Source: Octopus sinensis (taxonomy: Eukaryota). From it: DNA of 64,000 nucleotides. The stretch spans positions 84,878,001-84,942,000 of the forward strand of contig NC_043001.1 of NCBI RefSeq assembly GCF_006345805.1. Reading direction: 5' to 3'. Shown here in pieces: positions 39,587 to 54,149 of the stretch (its first letter is position 1; each line of letters begins with the position of its first letter). Both the position numbers and the translations under genes were made by a program. A model generated the notes under the pieces. The model was not told where the DNA came from, did not search any database, and was given only the letters and a program-made list of their open reading frames with translations.

Positions 39587-40780
39587 CTAGAGCAAAAGAC
39601 CAACGTGTTGACTGTAGACACGCTCCTTCGCAAACGATCAGCTATTATTTTGTAAACAATGTTTCGAAACTGTTCATGTTTTCGAATGGAGAGATCTGAC
39701 TCTCACATTTCTGCTGGAAAAGGTAGGTTTCTCTATTCCTGTTACAAAACTTACGCCGGGTGCCAACTTTGCTTCAATTGATGGTATTACTCGGGTAGAA
39801 GGTGGTGCTGGGACAGGGTCGGGGGCAAAGGCGTGCAAAAACATGTATTCAATAGGTGTATGTACGTATATGTTTGTGTGTGTGTGTATGTTGCCCATAT
39901 ATATACTTAGTTGTGATCTGAACATAACCGCTTCTCGCATAGAGGATCGGGGGCCATTTGGGGCGTTCAATTTTCCTTGCTGGAAGTGTTCCCAACCCAA
40001 GCGGGGTTACATGATGGGGGTGGTGTTTTCAAAAGGGTTGGCATATGTAACCTGATCACCTCTGCCGATCAAACTCTCAACCCATGCGCTCTCGTCAAGA
40101 CACTGATTCTGCAAACCTGGGTTGGATTGAAAGCTAACTTTAAAGTATAAATATAGATGTTTTTGAATCAGCAATGTTCTGTTAAGTCCTATTTGGAGTG
40201 AAAATTCAATAAACTGATTCCTTATGGGGTTATCCATTTAATCAGAATAAAAAAATCGATAAACCGATTCCTTATAGGCCTTCCCACTAAAATTGGCTAC
40301 ACCCCATTTTAAACAATAACGCCTAACAATTTTGATGTATTTTGTTCAAACTTGATGCCAGCATCACTTACGACTCATGGGACATTTGAATGCTTTAAGT
40401 TCTCCAAAAACGAAAAAAAAATCGATTAGTGGAAAAAATCGATAAACCGATTCCTTATGGGATTTCCCAATCAAATTTTTGCAAAACTTCAGCCAAAAGT
40501 TTACCATTTTCAACGGATTTCACTCAAATTTGACGTAGACGTCACTTAGTTTGCTTTGAAATAAAGAGCTTGATTAGCTTAATAATCCTAACTTAATCCC
40601 GAGCAAAGCCGGGCTATACTGCTAGTCTAATATAAGAAGCCATATTTTTTATCTTTAATAAAAATCCAATGCCTCCGGGGTGAAATTATTCACGCACCAC
40701 AATTATGGAAGCAATTGCTGAAGACGTTTTCGCTTGAACAGCCAATACATACACAGCTGTATTTTATATATTACATGAGA
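39587..40780 (-). mobile_element. Probable non-autonomous Helitron hosting a nested + strand Helitron
   Basis: Minus-strand A|TCTCATG 5' end at 40780 and hairpin + CTAG|T at 39587-39590; pairing of the two ends is inferred. Confidence 0.45.
39895..40625 (+). mobile_element. Non-autonomous Helitron
   Basis: CCCGAGCAAAGCCGGG hairpin + CTAG|T at 40622-40625; internal repeats ATAAACCGATTCCTTAT x3; 5' end approximate. Confidence 0.65.
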
Positions 40781-40789
40781 TTGTGATAA

Positions 40790-41055
40790 ATTCTTGACCA
40801 ATGGATGTCAGGAAGACAATCAATTTCTGATAGTTACTTATCAATGAGTTACCCCACCTCTCCACGTAACCCAGGAACGGGTGTTTTCTGCCACCATGGG
40901 GTTCGTTACTCATTATGTGAAAATTTGTAAGAGTCTAAAACCATCTTTGGCACATAAGTAAGGTATGTTCGCAGTTTGGAGAAATTCAGTTGAAAAATAC
41001 GGTCGTTATAATCTTTCACTCCCCCCCACACAGAGAATGAGATTTATATTATAGA
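40790..41055 (-). mobile_element. Helitron/HINE-like 5' fragment
   Basis: Minus-strand A|TCTATAATATAAATC start. Confidence 0.4.
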
Positions 41056-41689
41056 TAATCTTAAAATACCTGCTTATGCCTGTATGTATGTATGTATGTA
41101 TGTATGTATGTATGTATGTATGTATGTATATATATATGTATATATACATTTAGAGGAAGATTACTGCCTCTAAATGGTCATGTATATGTACACATAACCA
41201 CTTATGGGTAGTATTGTCTACAGTTTCCCCACAAAAGTGTAGTGGATTAGAAGCGATGCCGCCTAGAAGATTAGAACTGGAACAAGGTTATTTCAAAGTA
41301 AACTTATTCATGCAAATCTTTGCGTGAATTTGCAGTAAAAACTACATATATATTAATGATCACACCTAACGAATTTAGTAGTTCAAATACTGTAAGGACT
41401 AGAAAATTTGGTTTATTGTAATATCGTATTGCACATGCCTCATTACTGTATAGGGAATATTCTAGTGCTATATGTTGTAATGTTCATAATTTTGAAATGA
41501 ATGCAGTACATTCATAAATGATATATAAATGTAAAAACAAAGGAATGTTATCTCCTATCCGCAATTCCTCAGACGTTGATAAAAGATATTACAATGTTAT
41601 TTGGATGAAATTGTAATTTATAGTTTGTAGGAGCATTTGAGAGATAAACTACTACTAACTATTACTGGCACCTTACAACGACAGATGAT

Positions 41690-41945
41690 CTGATCATCGG
41701 AAAAACCTGCTCCTGAAATCAACGTGCAAGTGGCTGAGCACTTCACAGACTTGCGTACCCTTAATATAATTCTCATGGAAATTCAGCGTGATTCAGAAGG
41801 TAACAGAGCTGGCCCTTTAATAAAGAGAGAAAACTAATTTTTGCCGGCTGAGTGGACTGGAGCAAATTGAATTAATTGTCTTGCACAACGAACCGCCGGG
41901 AATTGAACTCGTTCCCTTACAATCGAAAGCCGGTTACCCTAGGAT
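41690..41945 (-). mobile_element. SINE family C
   Basis: GCTGAGTGGACTGGAGCAA core, GGGAATTGAACTC reversed B-box. Confidence 0.6.
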
Positions 41946-41963
41946 AGAAAGGATACAGAGGAG

Positions 41964-42009
<46 letters not shown>

Positions 42010-42011
<2 letters not shown>

Positions 42012-42870
42012 GTGCATGAAAGTATAGGGACTTAAAGAGTTTAAAGCACTTATAAATGGACTTGACGTAAACATTCAATTCACGATGGCATATAGCCATC
42101 AACAATTTCCCTTCCTCGACATCCTCATTAAGAAATCTATCGACGTAATAGAAACAGATATATACTATAAGCCCACGAACTCCAAGCAATATATACCTTT
42201 CAACTCATGCCACCCCGGACACACTAGAAAGAATGTCCCCTTGAACATAGTAAAAAGGATATGTACTATAGTTTCTAATACAAGCACCAGGGACACACTA
42301 CTACATGAACTAAAGGATACACTCATCACCATGAACTACCCACATTCTCTAATTGACATATGCTTTCAACGTGCCCTACAACTCAACATCCACTAACTCA
42401 GACATCCCCAATTAAAGAAGGATTTACAACCAAAGCCCTACCATATATCTCTACACACACCCATCTTAACAATGAAGCCTCCGACACCATCCTTCAAAAC
42501 ATTCACTGCTAAAAAAGGACCACAGAACTTAATCCTCCAAACACACACCATCATAAAAAGCAAGCGACAGCCCAAATCTCTGAAAATTCTTCTAACACAA
42601 GCCCAAATACGCTCAACAACAACACTGAAGCCGTCAGTAAAAAGTGCGGAAGACCCAACTGTGCGATATGCGTTAATTAAATTGAGGGATCAGAGTTCTC
42701 CTTCAAACAGGGATAACGTTTCACAGGGAAAAGCAACTTCACATGTGCTGCGGAAAACTGATATATGCACTAATCTGTTCTGGGTGTCAAGAGCCAAACA
42801 AATAATAGGCCAAACAAAAAACAGTCTACGTAAAACGATGGCTTGCACAGATCTCAGATCAAAATTCCCC
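42010..42870 (+). mobile_element. Second, older Penelope-like family: RT thumb + Cys linker + GIY-YIG remnant
   Basis: FPFLDILI..TDIYYKPTNSKQYIPFNSCHP; KCGRPNCAIC; FTCAAEN..YALICSGC..IGQT; starts at a (TA)n tract. Confidence 0.85.
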
Positions 42871-44149
42871 TAATCTACTATTGCTGTTTATAATAACATC
42901 TACGCATTTCTTATAAACAATATATTCAAAAGAGATGTCTCAATAATTCAATCACTACTACCATCCACAAAAAGTCACTTTCAGGGTAATTGACCATTTA
43001 ACATTCTACTACTATCATGGCACTCTCACAATATTATTGTTCCCCTCCTCTTTCTCCTCCATCTTCTGTTTCTTCTCTACTAAGAATATATATATATAAA
43101 TGCGGAGAAAGAAATAGATAAATAAATAAAATGTTTATTTGTAAGATTCATAAATACGAGGAGCAAGTATAATATATGTATGTTAGATATATTCAAGTTT
43201 ATTATAGATTGCATCAAGAAAACTTTACCATATATATACAATATATACGGTTATAAAAATACACAATTTAGATTACAACAACTTCTATACTCTAATACAT
43301 TACTGAATGCTATTCCGCTCGTTTACTTTTTAGCCATACGCATACAAATGTGTATAAAAATTTTTCACGTATTGCTGGAGACGATTTTATTAACGTCGTA
43401 TTTGAGAACTGTTTGTTTGTCATATATACACCTCTGTGATATTCTGATGGATTATATTCCTCATCAGGATATTTGGTTACAACTTTCGGTTCACTGATCT
43501 ATAGTAATATCAGTGTTAATAGTAAACATCCGAAATACGAATTAATAAACATAATATAGCAGTATTTATTAATTGGCAGATTTACTAGCAAACAGTCAAA
43601 TTACCAAAACAGAGACCTCTCATTTTCAAAACACGATTTCACATCAAATGTACTGCCAATATTATTAATGAAAAAATATTTACATCTGTTACATAGTTAA
43701 AGTAAGGCTGATTTTCTAAATAATTGAATGTAGTAGTACGTTTCAGGAAAATTTCATTAAATTGGTTTGTGATGAGGAGAGGGTGACAATTCGACCGTTA
43801 CTAATACGGTAGAGTCTGTGACACATATGTAATATACAGAACTGTGGAAAAAAAACCTTCGATTTACTAAATGTATTCATAGATTTTTTTTAAAAACAAC
43901 CAGCAAGAGAATTATTTCCAGTAACACTAAATCATTGAAATATTGTAAAAACATAGTAACTGCAGTGTGTGTTGATTTTCTCTTTAAGTGAATGTGGAAA
44001 AGCAACGGATGGATATTTTTCGATCTTATGAGATCGACAAAGTGAACAGTATTCTACTCAGCTGGCAAAAACAGAGAGTGCCCAATATATGTGAGTGTGT
44101 AAGTGTGAGTGCGTGCGTGTGCGTGCCTGTGTGTGTGTGCGTGTGTGAA

Positions 44150-44345
44150 GGTTCATGGCTCAGTGTTTAGAGTCTCTGGCTCACAATCATGAAGTAGTGA
44201 GTTCGATTCCCGGATAGGGCTGTTTGTTGTGTCCCTGAGTAAAACACTTTATTTCACGGTGCTCCAGTTCATTCAACAGTAAAAATCAATTGCGATGTCA
44301 CTAGTGCCAGGCTATATCAGCCTTTGCCTTTCCCTTGAAAAACAT
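44150..44345 (+). mobile_element. SINE family C
   Basis: TGGCTCAGTGTTTAG A-box, GAGTTCGATTCC B-box, GTTGTGTCCCTGAGTAAAACACTT. Confidence 0.7.
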
Positions 44346-44655
44346 CAGCGGCGTGGGGCGAGGAGGCTGCCCTTCCACAAACAAACATACCCGGATTTGT
44401 GCCTCGGAGGGACACAAGTCATTCCTGACCGAAGATAGGGAGCGAAAATAGTAATACTGATTAAAAGTATTTACAATAAAAAGATGGCTCCTTCGAGGTA
44501 CTTTCGTCAGGTATATTGTTGGCAGAAGGTTACTAGATTTTTGTAGAATTCAAAGTTATTTTTCATCTCTCAATTCATTATAACAAAAAATGCTTTTCAA
44601 TGTTCGCATGAATAAATATAATAAAATCCATATTCATGATCAGAATATAAACATT

Positions 44656-44830
44656 AGGCGCAGGAGTAGCTGTGTGATAAGTATTGCGTACGAACCACAT
44701 GGATCTGGGTTCAGTCCCACTGCGTGGTACCTGGGGCAAGTGTCTTCTACTATAGCTTCGGGCTGACCAAACACTTGTGAGTGGATATGTTAGAGGGAAA
44801 CTGAAGGAAGCCCGTCGTATATATATATAT

Positions 44831-44884
<54 letters not shown>

Positions 44885-45095
44885 ATTGTGTGCCTGTGCC
44901 TGTCGCCCAACATCGCTTGGCAACCGATGCTGGTGTGTCTACGTCCCCGTAACTTAACGGTTCGGCAAAAGAGGACGATAGACTAAATACTAGGCTTACA
45001 AAGAATAAGTCCTGGGGTCGATTTCTTCGACTAAAGGCGGTACTCCAGCATGGTCACAGTCAAATGACTGAAAAATTTAAAAGAGTAAAAGAGTA
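44656..45095 (+). mobile_element. SINE family B, full length
   Basis: AGGCGCAGGAGTAGCTGTGTG head to AAAGAGTAAAAGAGTA tail. Confidence 0.85.
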
Positions 45096-45627
45096 TTAAC
45101 AGAACTAGACTTCACTATCATCGCTGTATAGTCATTACTATCCAAAGAAAAAAAATCTAATGACGTATTTTCAAAAAGAACAAATATATATGATCCGCGT
45201 GACGTTTAAATGCAAGTTCTCACTTTGGATTTCATAACGTTAATCAGGTAAGCTATACAATTGCTTCCAGGTAGGACGCTGATCAATTAGAGGTAACACT
45301 TTCAACTGATCTTGTGTTATTTTCCATATAGGCGAAGCACTTGCTTTTACATTACTGACATAATGTAAATGAAAGTGTTTGGGCTATACAAGAGACGAAC
45401 GATTTCTGTGAATTTGAATCCATGAATAAACAACCCAATAAGATAGTAAGATAACCACTACGCTATCAATAATCTTATCTGCATTACGATGATCTGATCT
45501 TTTAATCTATATCTAGTTCCCGACTGTTTTGCAATGCTATTTTCCTCAATTTATGAGAATCAATATCGAGAAATACATTCTCCAAATATTTCATTTTGAC
45601 TATGCAAGCTGAAGGCAGATGTTAAAC

Positions 45628-45679
<52 letters not shown>

Positions 45680-46116
45680 TGATGATGAAATGGTGATGAT
45701 GATGGTGATGATCGCTGTGTTACATGCTTATGTTTTGCGTTCAACGTCACCCACCCAAACGGAGATCAACTTCAGCTTCTGTCCTTCTTATAGATTCTGA
45801 GATCGATAATATAAAGCATTAAGGCGAATATTGACGATAGTAACCTTTCTCAAAATGAGAAGCCTTATTATATATGATGAAAAATGTATTGAATATGTGA
45901 CATTAGCAACTTAGCCGAAGGGATATAATCGTTGCTCCTATTCGTGTTGCTGTTGTGTTTGCTGTTCTTCTTGTTGCTATATAATGCATTTCGGCCCTGA
46001 ATGAACTAAGTTATGATCAAAGTAATCCAAAAATGAACCTTCTATTTTTCTGAGGTACTATATATTTAATATTACCTGATCGAATGCAATAGTCCATTCC
46101 GTTTTTAAGGCAGTAA

Positions 46117-46619
46117 TCTCTATATAAAACTGTAGTTGTGTGAGTGTCAGTCCCCTTCGATTAGATTCCTAACTACTCCCACATTTGCGGTGCAGTTTAA
46201 CCAAATCGGGTATCTTATAGTCGTGATTCATATCGAACCCGTCTGAGTATTAGCGCGCGTCTACGATGAGTCTACGATTTAAAAATAATTTAACATCATT
46301 TTTATTCCATTTTAATGCATAATTTTTCGTGTGTCGATGGCGGCGGAGTGGCGTCCATGGTCACACCTGCACCTGTTGCTCTCCCCCTTCTTCCATCCCT
46401 CGTGAAGCTGTGGGGAAGGGAGTGTAAGGAAATCAACGTCGTAAAGCGTTGTCAAGGAGACCAGCGTTCTTTTAGAACAACGACTTCATGGCTTGAAGAC
46501 ACCAAAACAGAAATGGCTAAGAAAGCCCGAATTGGCATCTATAAGGGAAGTAACTCTCTAAAAATGCTTATATAGTTATTTCCCTTACAAACCCGAGCAA
46601 CGCCGGGCAATACTGCTAG
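46117..46619 (+). mobile_element. Complete 503 bp non-autonomous Helitron
   Basis: A|TC start, CCCGAGCAACGCCGGG hairpin, CTAG|T end, no TSD. Confidence 0.85.
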
Positions 46620-46994
46620 TGATATATAATCTAAGAGAAACTTGTCAGCTATCTCTAGCTGGTCAATCGACAGCATACAGAATTAGGCTTTCGTTTTAAC
46701 AATTAAATGGATACTAAGACTTTATTTCAACCCACAATTTTAAAATTAACTGGGTAATTATAAATGAAAATATTCATTAAGTAGAACATCTAAAGATAAA
46801 ACTTCTTTCCTAGCGGGGATTAGATATATCGATACTTTCCTCGGTATGTATGAGAGAATGCAGAAAAGTTCATGGCATTAAAGGTATTGCAAAAGATGTG
46901 GTTGGAGGCCCAACTTTCCGAGTCCTTTAATAGGGCTTAGAGAAAGTGAAGCACCGCTGCTATAAGTGTGTGAATTCTGAGAGAGGAATCTCTT

Positions 46995-47140
46995 TACTCT
47001 TTTACTCTTTTACTTGTTTCAGTCATTTGACTGCGGCCATGCTGGAGCACCGCCTTTAGTCGAGCAAATCAACCCCGGGACTCATTCTTTGTAAGCCCAG
47101 TACTTATTCTATCGGTCTCTTTTGCCGAACCTCTAAGTGA
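46995..47140 (-). mobile_element. SINE family B, 3' part
   Basis: TTTTACTTGTTTCAGTCATTTGACTGCGGCCATGCTGGAGC. Confidence 0.75.
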
Positions 47141-47351
47141 CAGGTACTGAATAAAGTCATAATTAACTGATTCTCCTGTATTTTCTTTTACCCCAAGGCT
47201 GGAACTTTTAACACCTCGCCTATCTTCACTAAAACAACGTTAATCTTATATCGTGGTAGATACATTTACTATTATGATAATTGATAACGACCATATGAGC
47301 AACATCGACATTTCCAACATTTTGTATGTCTACTTCTTTTATATATTACAG

Positions 47352-47516
47352 ATAACAATGGCTGATCTGATGTGTTATAGTGCACTGGAAAACCCACTGC
47401 TTGAAAACCCAACCTTGCTCCAAGAATATCCTAAATTGCAAGCCCTGAGGACTAGAGTTGCTGAACACGCTCAGTTATCAATATATTTCAATAGACGTCA
47501 CAAGACTGATTTCTAG
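47352..47516 (+). CDS. S-crystallin / sigma GST, exon 6 (terminal)
   Basis: TACAG acceptor; [54 protein letters not shown], typical S-crystallin C-terminus. Confidence 0.96.
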   Translation: MTMADLMCYSALENPLLENPTLLQEYPKLQALRTRVAEHAQLSIYFNRRHKTDF

Positions 47517-47924
47517 ACAGATCACACGACGTCGACGACAACGAGGACGCATTTATGGCAACGGCTACGAAAATAATATTTAGTAACTTTACTAGCGTGA
47601 AAAATCATCTGTGACTATGCTACGGAATTATTCGTCACAGTATTAGAATTAGCGTGGGAATAATAATGATAATTGTTTTATAATTTAGGGACAAGGTCAG
47701 GAATATCTAGGGGATTTGTTTCATCCTAATATTTTAAAGGTGTTATACTTTATCGACTTCAGAACGATAAAAGGTAAGGGTAATCTCGGCGGGATTTGCT
47801 CTCAGAATGTAAAGGGCTGTCACTATACTGCGTAGGCTGTTATAAGATGTCTACCACACCTGTCAATCTGCCATCTATAGCTCTGTTGAGAATAGTGTAT
47901 ATATATATATATATATACACTCAC

Positions 47925-47975
<51 letters not shown>

Positions 47976-49311
47976 TAGAAGGGGAGAGAGAGTAAGTGAA
48001 AGAGAACTATTACAGTGTGTGCAATAGCAAAAAGCGTAGAATGGCGAGGTATGGTAAGCACGTAAGTTAGTTTACGTGCAAGTTTCAAAAGTTAACATCG
48101 TGTGATTTTGCCTTTTAGACAATGATAAAATAAATATCAATAACATGACACCTTTGATTCAATTGACCGTATCCCCTCTTCTGAATATGTGTTGATTGGT
48201 GACAAATCTTAAAAGGAAATGAATATATATATATATGTGATAACAGTAAGAATAGTAGGCGTAGGCGTAGGCGTAGTAATGCTGATTATACGTACATTAG
48301 TAGCAACAGCATCCGCAGCCATGTTGACTATACACAATATAACAATAGGTAATGTATTAGCAATAGCTTAAATACTAGACGTAGTGGTTGCTGTTGTAGT
48401 CGTTGCAGCTGTAGTGGTAGTATTAGTGGTGATAGTATTAGTAGAGTTAGTATTAGTAGTGCTACTAAAATTATAGTAAACATGAACATATTTGAGAAAA
48501 CAATTTGATCAATGTTAATGCGAAAACGAAACACCGAGGACTTATTCAAAGGCATTCTACTATTATTTACCTATAAGTTATTGTTTTGATTTTTCTCGCG
48601 TGTGTGTGTTTCTCCATTTAAGAATTTTATTGATTAAAAATAAAAGAATTTGAAAGTCTTAAAACCATTAATATTTTGATTATTATGATTATTGTTATTT
48701 TTCATTTGTTATTTGCTGCCCGTCAGGGTCAAGTTCGCATTATATCATTTTGTTGTCAATAAAATAAGCTACCAATCAAATACAAGGTCGATATAATCGA
48801 TCGTTTTTGTGGCCTTGTACTGATGTCAAAATTTAATCGTTTTATTTTATGCTGATGTTGCTGTTAATATTAATATTTTGTAAAGAACTTGAATAATAAC
48901 CCGATATAACATAATTTTTTTTTCTTTCTTTTAAAGTCATGCACATTTTATATCATCGCTTTTTCCGCAATACCATTCCATTCACTTCACTTAAAGTATT
49001 GACTCAGTCAAAGGAAAAGTGGGCTACATAACAGCCTGTATTAGAATTCGTCTTGAGTAGGCCATATGCAATTCCCTCGGCCAGATCTGATTCATTGCAC
49101 AAAATATCACATTACATTTATTTCAATTTCAGTTGCAGTTTATTAATGGTGAAAATGCCAATACTAAATGCGTCATCATCGTTAGCTACTTAAATCTCGG
49201 TGAGGAATCCAATCTAACTGAAGTAAATCCGTCATCAATTATGTAATTGGTTAGTGGGGTTTTTAAAAAAAATCTCGCTTGTTCCTTTTCGACAAACAGA
49301 TTATTGTCACA

Positions 49312-49495
49312 TAGCAAGCGTGGCAGTGTGGTAAGATGTTTCTTTCCTAACAACATGGTTCCTGGTTTCGTCCAAATGTGCAGCACATTGGGCAAGTGTC
49401 TTCTACCATAGCCCTGGATACACCAAAGACTTATGGGAGGATTTGATGAAGGGAAGGTGAAAGGAAACCACCGTGTACCCACACACACACACGAA
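49312..49495 (+). mobile_element. SINE family B, 5' part, degraded
   Basis: CAGTGTGGTAAG..TTGGGCAAGTGTCTTCTAC. Confidence 0.6.
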
Positions 49496-50580
49496 TAATG
49501 CATAATATTATTATACTATTTCTTATGTTCGCCTAATGATTATGCTAATATACATGATAAGCAGTCACCTTAAATCTTAGTATATCCTCCGCCTATATTC
49601 CCCATATCTTGTGTTTTACTCTACTGATGTAAACTTGCTACTTTACAGTTCCCGCTGAAGTTCAACTGTAAAAATCGACCTTGCCGGTCGAAGATCATAG
49701 CAGCAATCGCTTTCTTTTCCCGAACTATAATATAACGACACAAACCACTTTATAACTTCTTTAAAAAGTTTTGGTGTTTTCTCGAAGTTTTATAATGTTA
49801 AATAGTGGGACACTTAATCTTAAAATAAATGAATATTTAGTTAACATATTTCAGTGTCTTTCTGAAGGTTAGCATTTTAAACAGTTCTGAAGTGATATGA
49901 TCAAATAACAATAAAGACCAACAACTTATGAAACACATCAAGGAGAAAATATAACAATTTACATTGTAATGTATATATAATCTTCCTTTTAAATAATGAC
50001 GTTGTTAAATCCTCCTGTATGTATATGTGACACTGGCAACAGAACAAACGAGATTTCAAATTACTGAAGTTTCTTCTGTGTGCTTAGTTATTTATGCCTA
50101 GGAAAACTTCTCAATGAGAAACTGTACAATTATGTATAACTTCGTATGTACGTATGTATGAATGTATGTATAGATGTGCATATATATGTATGTAATATTT
50201 GTGTTTATGTATGTATAAGAATGTATGTTTGTATGTGTATGTATTTTTGATGAGGTAGATTTCAAAATCGATTTTACTTCGAAGAGCATCACGTCGTAAT
50301 ATATAGATCAAATAGACGTTCTCTTAAATAATTTCTTTATCTAATTGTCTATCTTTCAGACTTGCTATAATGAAAACCACATGCTCTCTCTTTAGATTAA
50401 ATACCTACCAACCTACTAACATACCTACACAAATACATACGAATATGAGAAACGTTGATTTATACGTATATACATATACACATATATCTACCAACCTACC
50501 AACCAACCTACCTACCTACCTAACTACCTACCTACCTACCTACCTACCTACCTACCTACCTACCTACCTACCTACATACA

Positions 50581-50611
<31 letters not shown>

Positions 50612-50841
50612 GTATGTTAAACACAGAGACCCATGTATAAATGTATATATATATACACACACATATATATATATAGATATATAATTTATATATACATATA
50701 TAAATCTATCTATCTATCTATATATATATACATATAATGTTTATATATATATATGTTACACACAGAGAACTATATATATATATTTATATATACACACACA
50801 CATTCACGCATATATACATACATCTATACGCACACACATAC

Positions 50842-50913
<72 letters not shown>

Positions 50914-51240
50914 TTATCACAGTATTCGTGTATATACGTGTATGCAGTATACAATAAATAAGTTATATAATTCTATACAATAATACTACTTATTTGATAT
51001 TTCTCTCTGATATAACGTTGTGATTAATATCCATCGAAATCGTAAACAACAAAGTTTTAGAAATAACGAGATCCTCTATTCAGTGCATCCTGTTTTGCCT
51101 CCTCTTCTCTTGTCTACCCCTAACTTAGCCACCGAAATGGTACGCTTCAAATGCCTCTCCTCTTTTACACTATATATCTCACAGTTATAATCTTTATAGC
51201 TATTGATTTACGTGATATATACATATATATATATATATAT

Positions 51241-51576
<336 letters not shown>

Positions 51577-51989
51577 TTATATACATATATATATATATAT
51601 ATTTATGTCTATATATGTATGTATGTGTGTGTGTGTGTGTGTGTAGTTTAAGTGATCATTAATTGTTATCGTTTTTTAGCAAATGGCCACTCTGAGTGAG
51701 TGGACAATTTCTCAGAATTATTCCACGCTCATAAATGTATGCATGTATGTGTGCGTGTGTGTGTGTGTGTGTGTGGTGTTGTGTGTGTGTGTGTGTGTGT
51801 GTTTGTGTGTGTGTGTAATTGAATATATATGTGTGTAATATTTTGGACTCATGGGTATATGCCAGTTAGTGTGTTGATATTTTGAGTAAAGTACTGACAG
51901 AATTTGGGGTACCCGGTGTCAACCGCAGTTGGGTATATTTCCGTAAGATCAACTTCCGGAATTCCGCAATGTTAGTTGAGATAATCATT

Positions 51990-52080
51990 GATTAAGTAAA
52001 TAGATGATGGTTTCGATATTAGTCTTTGGTGTTAGTCTTTAAAGACTAACACCAAATCCGTCTTCTGTTTACATAATCAA
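51990..52080. repeat. Imperfect palindrome with a perfect 32 bp core (52025-52056)
   Basis: TTTGGTGTTAGTCTTT|AAAGACTAACACCAAA with imperfect outer arms. Confidence 0.85.
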
Positions 52081-52083
52081 TTA

Positions 52084-52114
<31 letters not shown>

Positions 52115-52115
52115 A

Positions 52116-52178
<63 letters not shown>

Positions 52179-52927
52179 AATCTATCTACCTATACAAAGT
52201 GTATATAGTGCATATCAAATTTAGAGCAACACATATTAAGGTGCTGGAAGGGCAGATAGATAGGGTTTTTGCAATGCAGCAGCAACCCGATCTTAAGGCA
52301 ATTTACCCTTGAGCTGTAATCTTAAATAAGATCGAAATTCTTGTGGTATAGAAAAGCAAGCGTGACATCGGTAAAACTAATGTATGTGTCTAGCGAGGAG
52401 TAAAATAAAATCCAAATAAATAATAAGACAAAACAGGAATTTAGCACATTTTTGATGACCGGCCACAAATATTTCTGTACCACTGTGTTTTTAAGGTCAT
52501 TTCATGAAAGGTTTTTCTTTAATATTTGAATCCACAAATACTACATGGCTTTCACAAGTAACTTTCGCGTATAATGGCCTTAAGAATAGTGGTACAGAAA
52601 AATTGTAACTGGCCTTTATTAAAGTTGTGCCAAACTCTTTATTCGTCCTCTTATTTTGATAATATACATATATTTATATACAGTTCATGGATGCGAATCA
52701 GATATTCTCCACATAGAATACACTTGGTAGTGCTCAAGAGATTTAAACTTGAGCGAGTATAGAAGTAAAGATAAGGAGTAACAAGTTAGACAGATCAATA
52801 TATAAAGTATATCAAATACACGAAATACAAAACAAGTATTTATGTTTACATACGTAAAGGTTCGGCTTATACAGATACAAATGATATAGAGAATTAAATG
52901 GGTTGAAGATAATTATTACAAATCTAG

Positions 52928-53009
52928 CAACTGTTTCGGGGGGTCGGTGATCGAAAATAAATTTTGTAGATTGATTCCATCGTAGGGTGAGACGAGCCTC
53001 CATCTTCAG
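52928..53009 (-). other. Possible PLE-type hammerhead remnant with long stem II
   Basis: Minus strand CTGAAGA-TGGAGG...CCCCCC-GAAAC-AGTTG. Confidence 0.3.
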
Positions 53010-54149
53010 GGAAGAAATCTAACATTTAAGGTGTTAAAGCAAAAACACTAAGCAGTGGTGTGTATAAATACAAACATGCAACCAGTTCAAATGGACTTGA
53101 GGCATATGCATCCAACAGTCTGATTAGGGAAGGCTGCGAACTGACTTGGTGTGTCTACAGCGAGAAATTTTCTCTTTAAGAAAATATGTCAGATGGCTTT
53201 CTTACGGGTTCGAATATGCTTCAAGCCTATTTGAACAGGTAACAGGCTTGTATTTATTCAACGTGTCTTCTTTTCTTTCGATAAGATGTTGAGGTAAATT
53301 ATGGTTCAACTATGTATATCACGAGGTCGAGTAATCACGAAATGATAGATATGTTGATACTGATATTTGGTCAGGTGAAGCCATCGAGCCAGTATACTGT
53401 CCTGCATTCTAGCTAGCTTTTTCTCGACTACAGTTTTAATCCTTATGCTCATCAACACGGCTGACTGTTCAGCCACACATCAAACTGTTCTCGAAAGGAG
53501 ACATTTAAAATCATCCTCAATTTCGCTCTAACATACTGCAGAATGAAAGCCTTCCAGCCATTGACATCTTAACTTATATTGCATAGCAATTATCCTTCTC
53601 GGTTTAATTTAGATAACGAGATCATCCTGAATTAAGCTACTGTTCCTAGAAGAACGAGATTATGTAAATTTATTCTCTATTTAAAAGCGGAAACAGAATT
53701 TGAACCCTCATGATATTTTTCAATAAGCAGATTAGAGAAATGTTACGATTCCAGACGAATTTCAAAGCTGAGACATTGAAAGTTGATTTTACAATAAAGT
53801 TTCTCATGGGAAGTATTCTCCAACACATTAGAAGAAAATGAATGTATTTAATTTACTAATAAAATATTCAACTTTCTCGGATTCAGTGAAAAAACAATTT
53901 GTTACGTTTACAGACGTGTCAATAAGATACTGGAAACAGTCAGTTGCATAATGGTAATATTTTCTAATAACGAGTATCACGGATCAGTGTGAAACTACTG
54001 CGAAAATATTGTGTCAGCAACGTTGCAATGTGATAGACACTAGGGTGTACATGAGTGAAAAGAAATATTAAATCGTATTTTGCTTTCGAACTAATGAAGG
54101 TGTGACAACTGTACAAGTGTTGATATTAAAAATACATACATACATACAT

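Noticed and set aside
47253-47351. N-terminal part of the 87 aa ORF before exon 6
   Set aside because: Intronic; homology starts right after the TACAG acceptor at 47351.
48129-48134. AATAAA as poly(A) signal of the S-crystallin gene
   Set aside because: About 610 nt past the stop, beyond SINE and microsatellite sequence in very AT-rich DNA; not distinguishable from chance without 3'-end data.
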